From: a virus
IMG/VR virus record: IMGVR_UViG_3300043640_000192
Coordinates: 1 to 51,327 of that record
Direction: 5' to 3' (one strand)
DNA length: 51,327 bases
Shown: positions 8,261 through 15,230 of the stretch, piece by piece
Layout of the letters: each line of letters opens with the position of its first letter
How positions within the stretch are numbered: position 1 is the stretch's first letter
Translations under genes and position numbers: made by a program
The notes under the pieces: generated by a model
Databases searched by the model: none
What the model was told of the DNA's origin: nothing
What the model saw: the letters and a program-made list of their open reading frames with translations, nothing else

Positions 8261-9937
8261 GTGGCGATCACCCGCGTCAATAGCGCATCGATCACCGCCC
8301 GGGCCGCCGCCGCGTCGGCCACGGCCACGATCCCGGGCGGCACCGGCATCCAGGCCGGGGACCTGATCTACGTCTGCGCGGCCAGCAGCGGCACGCACGT
8401 CGCCAACACCATGTCCGTCCAGGACTCCGTCAACCTGACGCCGTTCACGAAGATCCTGGAGACCCAGCCGCCCGGTTCGGCGTTCTACCAGTCCACTCAC
8501 GTCTTCCAGACGCCTGTCAGCATCGCTGACGGCTCGACGATCACGCTGACCGGGTTCGCCGCGGCTACCGCCTGCGCGCTGGCGATCGACATTTTCCGCG
8601 GCGCGTCGGCGGTCATCGACCGGGCCGCGGTGGGTACCGGCAATGCGACGACCACCACGCCCGCGGGCCCGGCGCTGGGCGGGAACGCCACCGCGGGTGC
8701 GCTGGTCCTGACGACCTGCTCGACGGGTGCGACGGGGACCACGCAGGCGGCGGGGTCGCCGTTCACCGCGGGCAGCACGCAGGCCGTCTCCCCGGGCACC
8801 GGGATCGGCTTCGTCCTGTCGGCCAGCGGTTCCCTTACTTACGCCTCGACGTGGACGCTGGGCGTCACTTCGGTCAGCGCCACGCAGACGGTCTCCTTCC
8901 TGCCCGCCGCGGCCCCGGCTGCACAGCAGCGGAGCCGCCCGGTGATGGCCTCGCGGGCAGCGGGGATCCGGGGCTGGCTCGCCCGCCGCGCCGGGATCTT
9001 CGCCGGGACCGGCCCCGCCGTGCGGGCGCTCCACGGCCCGGTCCGCGCGCAGCCCGCCCGGACCCGCGGCGGGATCATCAGCCGCCGTGCTGGCATCTTC
9101 GCCGGGACCGGGCCGCCGTTGCGGGCACCTGATGGCCCGGTGCAGGCGCGGGCGCTCCCGCGGCGCGGCGGCAGCGTCAGCCACCGTGCCGGGACGCCCG
9201 CCACGGCGGCACCGCAGGCCGGGCCGCCGGTCTACCCGCTGCATGGCCCCGTGGCGGCCCGCAGGCTCCCGCAGCGCGGCGGGGATACCAGCAGCCGCGC
9301 CGGGACTTACGGCGGCACCGGGCCAGCGGTAAGGCCGCCAGACGGCCCGGTACGCGCGCAGCCCCCGCCGCAGCGCGGCGGGCGTACCGCCAGCCGGGCG
9401 GGGACGTTCACCGCGGTGTCCCTCACGTCAGGGCCGCCGGTCTATCCCCTGGGCCACCCGGTCCAGTCCCGCCGGCTGCCCGCCCGCGGCGGATCGGTAA
9501 GCCACCGCGCCGGGACGTTCGCGGGCTCGGGTCCTCCGGTCCCGGCGCTGAAGCAGCCGCTGGGCATCTACCGCCGCCAGCCACCCCCGCCAGCACGTGG
9601 CCGCGTCCTGTCGCTGGACGGGATACGGCAGGGCGCCGGGCCGGTGGTGCGGGCCCTGGACGGCCCGGTCCACGGCCAGCCGCAGAAGCCAGTGCTGTAC
9701 GGCCGGGCGGACAGCCGGGCGGGCATCGCGGTATTCGTGCCGCCACCAGTGCTCCAGAACGCTGCGAGCAGCCCCACGGTCACCGCCGGGGACACGTCCG
9801 CCGCCACGGCCACCGGAGCCGCCCACGGCACCACGCTGACCGCGCAGGGCACGTCAGCGGCCAGCGCCACCGGGCAGCCGGGCGCCAGCACTGTCACCCA
9901 GGCCGGAAGTTCTGGCCCCTCGGTATCAGACGGATAG
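8261..9937 (+). CDS. 558-aa protein: N-terminal beta-rich domain, central Arg-rich tandem repeats, Thr/Ser/Ala-rich C-terminus. Unknown function.
   Basis: SD 'gaggggagg' precedes the GTG start. The repeats were read directly from the translation. Confidence 0.7.
   Translation: MAITRVNSASITARAAAASATATIPGGTGIQAGDLIYVCAASSGTHVANTMSVQDSVNLTPFTKILETQPPGSAFYQSTHVFQTPVSIADGSTITLTGFAAATACALAIDIFRGASAVIDRAAVGTGNATTTTPAGPALGGNATAGALVLTTCSTGATGTTQAAGSPFTAGSTQAVSPGTGIGFVLSASGSLTYASTWTLGVTSVSATQTVSFLPAAAPAAQQRSRPVMASRAAGIRGWLARRAGIFAGTGPAVRALHGPVRAQPARTRGGIISRRAGIFAGTGPPLRAPDGPVQARALPRRGGSVSHRAGTPATAAPQAGPPVYPLHGPVAARRLPQRGGDTSSRAGTYGGTGPAVRPPDGPVRAQPPPQRGGRTASRAGTFTAVSLTSGPPVYPLGHPVQSRRLPARGGSVSHRAGTFAGSGPPVPALKQPLGIYRRQPPPPARGRVLSLDGIRQGAGPVVRALDGPVHGQPQKPVLYGRADSRAGIAVFVPPPVLQNAASSPTVTAGDTSAATATGAAHGTTLTAQGTSAASATGQPGASTVTQAGSSGPSVSDG
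8951..9751 (+). repeat. About 7.5 in-frame tandem repeats of 33-38 aa (consensus S-[RH]RAG-x-F-x-G-x-GP-x-V-x4-GPV-x5-P-x-RGG-x2-S)
   Basis: Example units: 'RRAGIFAGTGPAVRALHGPVRAQPARTRGGIIS', 'RRAGIFAGTGPPLRAPDGPVQARALPRRGGSVS', 'RAGTYGGTGPAVRPPDGPVRAQPPPQRGGRTAS'. The DNA copies are diverged. Confidence 0.85.
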
Positions 9938-9945
9938 GAGACCAG

Positions 9946-10854
9946 GTGTCAGCGACCGTCTTCTACTCCGGCGCCAGCGAGATCGCCACCCTCGCCAACA
10001 CGTTCAAGGTGAACGGCGTGGCCACCGACCCGACCGTGATCACGTGCGTCGTCACCGACCCCGCCGGCGGCCAGGTCACCTACGCCGTCACCGCCGGGCA
10101 GATCGTCCGCACCGGCACGGGTGTCTACACCCTGAACATCCCGTGCCTCCTCGACGGCATCTGGTCCTACGTGTGGATCGGCACCGGCACCGCCTCCGAC
10201 GTGGCCGCCGGGACGTGGACTGTCCAGCCCGTCACCGTCGGCCAGTATTACTGCACCGCCGAGGAACTGAAGTCGCGCCTGTCCATCACCGACACGTCCG
10301 ACGACGACCAGGTGATCCTCGCCTGCCAGGCCGCCTCCAGGTGGATCGAGGGCGCGACCGGCCGGTACTTCTGGCGGGGCACCGACACCCGCACCTACGT
10401 CCCGGAGAGCCTCTGGGGCCTGTCCACCGACGACCTGGTGTCCGTCACCACCCTGAAGACCGACGCGGACGGCGACGGGGTGTTCGAGACCACATGGACG
10501 GCGGGCACCGACTTCGAGCTGGCCCTGGGCGAGCGTGCCTACAACACGGGTGCGTCGGGGGAGCAGCGGCCCTACACCCAGATCCGGGTGACCGGCGGGA
10601 AGTTCTTCCCGTTCACGTGGGCGTTCACCCGCCAGGACCGCATCCAGGTCGTCGGCGTGTTCGGCTGGCCCGCGATCCCCCCCGCGGTCCGCCAGGCCGC
10701 CATGCAGCTCGCCGCCGACTATTTCAAGCTCAAAGATGCCCCGTTCGGCGTGGTCGGGTTCGGCGACATGGGCGTGGTCCGCGTCAAGCCGAACCCGCAG
10801 ATCTACGCCCTCCTGCAGCCCTACGTCCGCGGCAGCCGCAAGGTCGGGGTCTGA
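9946..10854 (+). CDS. Head-tail adaptor (gp6-like connector) with an extra ~100-aa N-terminal domain
   Basis: 'YCTAEELKSRLSITDTSDDDQVILACQAASRWIEGATGRYFW' is a typical gp6-type connector motif. It is preceded by an Ig-like looking N-terminal segment. Confidence 0.7.
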   Translation: MSATVFYSGASEIATLANTFKVNGVATDPTVITCVVTDPAGGQVTYAVTAGQIVRTGTGVYTLNIPCLLDGIWSYVWIGTGTASDVAAGTWTVQPVTVGQYYCTAEELKSRLSITDTSDDDQVILACQAASRWIEGATGRYFWRGTDTRTYVPESLWGLSTDDLVSVTTLKTDADGDGVFETTWTAGTDFELALGERAYNTGASGEQRPYTQIRVTGGKFFPFTWAFTRQDRIQVVGVFGWPAIPPAVRQAAMQLAADYFKLKDAPFGVVGFGDMGVVRVKPNPQIYALLQPYVRGSRKVGV

Positions 10855-11270
10855 TGGCCGTCCTGTCCGACGTCCGCGCCGCGCTCGCCGCCGCCGTCGA
10901 CGGCATCCCCGGCCTGCGCGCCACCGGATCCGTCACCGGCGAGGTCAGCCCGCCCATCGCCATCATCGTCCCCGCGCCCGGCACGTTCATCACCTACGGC
11001 GAGACCTTCGAGCCCGGCGTCGCCGGCTACCTCCTGGAGATCATCCTGCTCGTCTCCTACGCCGACGAGCGCAGCGGCCAGCTCCTCATCGACGGCTACC
11101 TGTCCGCCACCGGCCCCTCCTCGGTGCGCGCCGCCGTCGCTGCCGACCAGACCCTCGGCCACGTCGTGGACTACGCCGTCGTCACCACCGCCCAGACGTA
11201 CGGGCTGCTGGAGTGGGGTGGCGTCCAGTACCTCGGCGCCCGCCTGTCCGTCACGGCGGGGACCGAGTAA
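10854..11270 (+). CDS. Head-tail joining / tail-terminator-like protein
   Basis: ATGA overlap with the adaptor gene. 138 aa. Size and position fit a neck protein. Family not firmly recognised. Confidence 0.45.
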   Translation: MAVLSDVRAALAAAVDGIPGLRATGSVTGEVSPPIAIIVPAPGTFITYGETFEPGVAGYLLEIILLVSYADERSGQLLIDGYLSATGPSSVRAAVAADQTLGHVVDYAVVTTAQTYGLLEWGGVQYLGARLSVTAGTE

Positions 11271-11362
11271 TGCGGTGGCTGCGGCCTCCCGCTGAAGGGA
11301 GGTGGTGCCCGTGCGCTGGCTGCTAGTCCATCCAGGGCCGAATTTACTTCTCAGTCGCCGAC

Positions 11363-12370
11363 GTGTTCCGGGGCTGGTCCGAGGCGCTGACCGCCCTCGG
11401 CGAGCAGGTCATGGAATACAACCTCGACACCCGCCTCACCTTTTACGACGCGGCCATGATCGAGACCGGCACCTTCGACGATGACGGCCACACGCAGCTC
11501 CGCAAGGCCGTCACCCGGGAGCAGGCGGTCACGATGGCCGCCGACGGGCTCCTCGGCGCGGCCTACCGCTGGTGGCCGGACGTGATCCTCTGCACGTCGG
11601 CGTTCTTCACCCCGCCGTTCGTGCTGGAGGTCATGCGATCGCGCGGCCACAAGATCGTCATGCTGTTCACCGAGGGCCCGTACCAGACCGGCATGCAGCT
11701 GAAGATGGCGGAGTACGCGCACCTGTCCCTGGTGAACGACCCGTGCGACATAGAGAAGTACCGCGAACTCGGCCCGGCCGAGTACATGCCGCACGCCTAC
11801 CGCCCGGCCATCCACCATCCCGGCCCGGCGGTCCCGGAGCTGGCCTGTGACCTGGGATTCGTCGGTACCGGCTTCCCGTCCCGCATCGAGTTCCTCGAGG
11901 CGATGGACCTGGACGGGCTGGACGTGCTGCTGGCTGGGCACTGGCTGTCCCTGGCGGAGGACTCGCCGCTGCGCAGGCTCGTCGCCCACGACCTCGGCGA
12001 GTGCTTCGGCAACGACCAGGCCGCCGACGTGTATCGCTCGGCCCGGTGCGGCCTGAACCTGTACCGCCGCGAAGCCGAGGACGAGCACGCGGGCGAGGGC
12101 TGGGCGATGGGACCCCGCGAGGTGGAACTCGCCGCGTGCGGCACTTACTTCCTGCGGGACCCGCGGCCGGAATCGGATGAGCTGTTCCCGATGCTGCCCA
12201 GCTTCACCAGCCCGCAGGAGGCGTCGGAGCTGCTGCGCTGGGCGCTCGCCCACCCGCAGGAACGCGCCGAGGCTGCGCTGAAGGCCAGGTCCGCGATAGC
12301 CGGCCGCACGTTCGAAGCCAACGCCAGGTCATTGCTCCGGTTGCTCGACCGGCAGCCAGTCAGCAGGTAG
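11363..12370 (+). CDS. CgeB-like / Glyco_trans_1_2-type glycosyltransferase (body of the gene; the likely true start, GTG 11311, is in another frame)
   Basis: 'FVGTGFPSRIEFL', 'YRSARCGLNLYR', 'GPREVELAACGTYFL' resemble the CgeB/DUF3880 GT family. There is no SD before GTG 11363, whereas a strong SD precedes GTG 11311. Confidence 0.7.
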   Translation: MFRGWSEALTALGEQVMEYNLDTRLTFYDAAMIETGTFDDDGHTQLRKAVTREQAVTMAADGLLGAAYRWWPDVILCTSAFFTPPFVLEVMRSRGHKIVMLFTEGPYQTGMQLKMAEYAHLSLVNDPCDIEKYRELGPAEYMPHAYRPAIHHPGPAVPELACDLGFVGTGFPSRIEFLEAMDLDGLDVLLAGHWLSLAEDSPLRRLVAHDLGECFGNDQAADVYRSARCGLNLYRREAEDEHAGEGWAMGPREVELAACGTYFLRDPRPESDELFPMLPSFTSPQEASELLRWALAHPQERAEAALKARSAIAGRTFEANARSLLRLLDRQPVSR

Positions 12371-12388
12371 GGGAAAGGAACCGGAACC

Positions 12389-12811
12389 GTGGCAAGAATT
12401 CACGGCCGCAACGGCCAGGTGTACATGGGGATCGCCGCCGGGGCACTGGCGTCGCCGCTGCCGTTCCAGGCGTCCTGGACGATGAACATGGTCGTCAACA
12501 AGTCCGACGTCACTGCGTTCGGCGACGGCAACACCGTGTACGTTGCGGGCCTCCCCGACGCGAGCGGCGATTTTGGGGGCTTCATGGACGACGCGACCAG
12601 CCAGACCTACATCGCCGCCGTGGACGGATTGGCGCGCAACTTCTACCTCTATCCGAACATTACAGCAGATCCCTTGGTCTACTGGTTCGGAACTGTGCTC
12701 CCGGACTTTTCCGCTGACGGTGCTATTGGCGGTCCCGTTAACTTCAAATCAACTTGGAACGCTGCCTCGAAAGTGCAAAGGTATACGCAATGGGGCGGTT
12801 TGAATACCTGA
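12389..12811 (+). CDS. Major tail (tube) protein, putative
   Basis: 140 aa. '...WTMNMVVNKSDVTAFGDGNTVYVAGLPDASGDFGG' resembles siphovirus tube proteins. Position is upstream of the chaperone and tape measure genes. Confidence 0.5.
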   Translation: MARIHGRNGQVYMGIAAGALASPLPFQASWTMNMVVNKSDVTAFGDGNTVYVAGLPDASGDFGGFMDDATSQTYIAAVDGLARNFYLYPNITADPLVYWFGTVLPDFSADGAIGGPVNFKSTWNAASKVQRYTQWGGLNT

Positions 12812-13525
12812 CCACTTTGCCAGGTATTCAATGGCGGCTTGCAATACAGCGATGTCGTCGCGGGCATAGCCGAGCATGGGATTGCACCGGTCGCACAGCA
12901 GGCCGCGGACCTGGCCAGTCGCGTGATCATGGTCGAGACTCAGCCCGCGCTGCGTGGTGCCGCCGCAGATGGCACAGACGCCACCCTGCGCGTCCAGCAT
13001 CGCCAGGTACTCGGCGTAGCCAACACCATGCTTACGCTCCCGCTTCCGGTTCACGACCTGCATGCTTTCGCGGTGCCGTCCATCAGCGCTGTAACAATGC
13101 TGAGCGCAGTAACGGAAGCGGCCCGGTAGCTTCGGCACTGGACAGCCTGGTATGCGGCAAGGTTCCTCGGCCGCCTTGCGGAGGTGCTCCAGCTTCCGCT
13201 GATAGGCGTCGTCCCGGTGCTCCTGGCAGAGTTTGGAGCCCTGGCCTTGAACCTTCAGGTTTCCGCAGCCGGTCACCTGGCACAGCTGCGGTGCAACCTT
13301 AGCTGCGCGGCAACGGCGGCATTCGCGATAGCGGCTGCGGAATGACTTCCCGCAGGTGATGCACTGGCGTTCTGCGCGCGTGCACTGGGCGCACAGATGA
13401 TTGGTGCCACGGAAGGCGGTGCCGCAGGCGGTGCATGACCGGTCGGCCGCCCGGCATTCGTAGCACTTGCGGTAACGACCGCGGAACCCCTTCCCGCAGG
13501 CGACGCAGTCGCGCTCAGTGATCAT
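12749..13525 (-). CDS. Endonuclease VII-type (HNH-like) nuclease with three N-terminal zinc-ribbon repeats
   Basis: C-terminal 'GGVCAICGG...LSLDHDHATGQVRGLLCDRCNPMLGY' is the EndoVII signature. The N-terminus carries 3x 'C-x2-CG-x-FR-x5/6-C-x2-C'. Confidence 0.8.
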   Translation of the reverse strand: MITERDCVACGKGFRGRYRKCYECRAADRSCTACGTAFRGTNHLCAQCTRAERQCITCGKSFRSRYRECRRCRAAKVAPQLCQVTGCGNLKVQGQGSKLCQEHRDDAYQRKLEHLRKAAEEPCRIPGCPVPKLPGRFRYCAQHCYSADGRHRESMQVVNRKRERKHGVGYAEYLAMLDAQGGVCAICGGTTQRGLSLDHDHATGQVRGLLCDRCNPMLGYARDDIAVLQAAIEYLAKWSGIQTAPLRIPLHFRGSVPS

Positions 13526-13685
13526 AACTGCGCTTCTCTGTCCTCATAGCGTGCGCGGTAGGCGGCGAGCGCGGCGGCCAGGACCGCGTTGACGGCCTGC
13601 CCGGTGCGCTTGGCGTGGTCTCTGAGCCACGACTCATCCCCCTCCGATGGCCGGAAGGGAATGGGCCGTCGCTTGTGCCGGTCGG
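13521..13685 (-). CDS. Ribbon-helix-helix-like ORF with no canonical start, in frame directly after the lipoprotein TGA (possible pseudogene or recoded gene)
   Basis: Translation read by hand: 'PTRHKRRPIPFRPSEGDESWLRDHAKRTGQAVNAVLAAALAAYRARYEDREAQL*'. High GC3. The stop overlaps the EndoVII ATG. Confidence 0.35.
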
Positions 13686-14246
13686 TCATGACGCGGCCCC
13701 GGTGAAGCTGGCGGCGTTGTAGTCGAACCCGGGGGTGATGGTCACGTTCAGCTGGCTTTCCCAGCTGGCCTGCTGCGCGTCGAACTCGAACAGGTAGGTG
13801 CCGTGCTGGCCCGGGGTGATGGTGCCGGTCGGGTTGTCGATGCCGGTGTCGAACACGGCCTCGAGCTGGCTGCCATCGGGCCCGGCGTTGGCGTCAACGG
13901 TGATCTCGGAGGCGTCGAGGCTGGTTTTGCCGGCGGTGACGCGGACCTTGAGGACGATGGCCGGGTCGCCGGGGTGGCCGCCTCCCGCGTACTGGCCGAC
14001 GGCGGTGACGGTGGCGGAGACGACGGCGACCTGCAGGCCGTCGCTGTAGGTCCAGCCGTTGGCGCGGCCGAACTGCGCCGGGCCGCTGGGCGTCGCCGCG
14101 GGGGTGGTGGCTGGCGCGGCTGACGTGGCCGCGGCGGCCGGGGCGGTGGCTGCGGACGTGGGGTGGCCGGTGGTGGCGCAGCCTGCGGCGGTGAGCGCCG
14201 CTGCGGCGGTGAGCATGAGGCCGGCGGTGATCCTGGTGCGCTTCAT
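13686..14246 (-). CDS. Secreted lipoprotein (lipobox LTAAG|C), beta-sandwich-like
   Basis: 'MKRTRITAGLMLTAAAALTAAGC' is a signal peptide plus lipobox, followed by an Ala/Pro/Thr linker. The gene is on the reverse strand inside the tail operon. Confidence 0.7.
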   Translation of the reverse strand: MKRTRITAGLMLTAAAALTAAGCATTGHPTSAATAPAAAATSAAPATTPAATPSGPAQFGRANGWTYSDGLQVAVVSATVTAVGQYAGGGHPGDPAIVLKVRVTAGKTSLDASEITVDANAGPDGSQLEAVFDTGIDNPTGTITPGQHGTYLFEFDAQQASWESQLNVTITPGFDYNAASFTGAAS

Positions 14247-14330
14247 GTCGCTTCTCTCGTTGCGGTGGTGGTATCACCACTCGCTGCTCACTGTATGCGG
14301 TAATACCACATTGTCAAACAGGGAGGTCAG

Positions 14331-14711
14331 ATGCCCGGCTCGGAACAGGTGATCCTGGCCAACCGGCTCCGCAAGGCCGCCGCCCCCATCGCCGACTACG
14401 CCCGCATCAGCTCGGCCCGCTGGTCTCGCCGCGTCCCGGCGTCGGTGCGGCTGCAGGGCGGCGCGTCCCGCATCACCATCGCCGCTGGCGGCAGCCGCGC
14501 GCCCCAGGCCTACACCATGGAAGGCCGCTCCGACGGCAGGCCCATCGCCCACCCGGTCTACGGCCACGGCCCCCGCACCGGCTGGACGTGGGCGAAGCAG
14601 ATCCCTGTCCGCCCGTTCCTGGCCGAGGCCGTAGACGCCCGGCAGGACGAGATGGTCCGCATCTTCGCCGGGATCGTGGACGACTGGGCCCACGACCTCG
14701 GCTACCACTGA
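14331..14711 (+). CDS. HK97 gp10-like head-tail joining / tail completion protein
   Basis: SD 'gggagg' precedes the ATG. '...RAPQAYTMEGRSDGRPIAHPVYGHG...PVRPFLAEAV' resembles the gp10-like family. Confidence 0.55.
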   Translation: MPGSEQVILANRLRKAAAPIADYARISSARWSRRVPASVRLQGGASRITIAAGGSRAPQAYTMEGRSDGRPIAHPVYGHGPRTGWTWAKQIPVRPFLAEAVDARQDEMVRIFAGIVDDWAHDLGYH

Positions 14712-14726
14712 CCCGGAAGGCTCACC

Positions 14727-15089
14727 TTGATCATCGACTACGAGGGCCAGCAGTACCCGTTCGACATGGACGACATGGACATCAAGCAGGCCCTGAAGAT
14801 CGAGAAGCACATCGGCGGCACGATGGGGGACTTCATAGACGGCCTCCTGGAGACCACCCGCGCTGACTGCTACCAGGCGCTGGGCTGGCTGATCTTCGAG
14901 GAGGGCGGCCAAACCCCGATCGCGGACGTGAACTTCAAGTTCGGCAAGCTCTCACGGGCGTTCATGGCGTCCGCCGCGAAGGAAGCCGAAGAGGAGGCCG
15001 CCGCGAAACAGGCGGCTGGCGAGCCGCCGGACCCTACCGCGACGAATGGCTCCGGACCCATCCCCCTCGCATCTTCACTGACCGCATAA
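14727..15089 (+). CDS. Tail assembly chaperone (G-like)
   Basis: TTG start after SD 'ggaagg'. Acidic 120-aa protein immediately upstream of the tape measure gene. Confidence 0.6.
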   Translation: MIIDYEGQQYPFDMDDMDIKQALKIEKHIGGTMGDFIDGLLETTRADCYQALGWLIFEEGGQTPIADVNFKFGKLSRAFMASAAKEAEEEAAAKQAAGEPPDPTATNGSGPIPLASSLTA

Positions 15090-15226
15090 GCGAGCTGCGG
15101 TCTGAGTACCTGGTGCCGCTGGCCCGCTGGAACATGCCGCCCGCCGCGGTGAACGACCTGACCATCATCGACTTCGCGCAGATGACCGCGGCGATCGACG
15201 CCGCCTACGAACCGGACGGGGGGTGA
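15090..15226 (+). CDS. Putative -1 frame extension of the tail chaperone (GT-like product)
   Basis: The -1 frame is open from 14867 to the TGA at 15224-15226 and encodes '...ELRSEYLVPLARWNMPPAAVNDLTIIDFAQMTAAIDAAYEPDGG'. No canonical slippery heptamer was found. Confidence 0.4.
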
Positions 15227-15230
15227 CCCG

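Noticed and set aside
13686-13689. A simple ATGA-coupled start for the RHH-like ORF.
   Set aside because: Careful re-reading shows the ATG is one frame off ('ATG ACC GAC CCG GCA...' stops after 18 codons). The ORF was therefore kept only as a low-confidence feature and reported as a finding.
15000-15010. 'gcgaaac' as the chaperone slippery site.
   Set aside because: It does not fit X_XXY_YYZ in the G frame.
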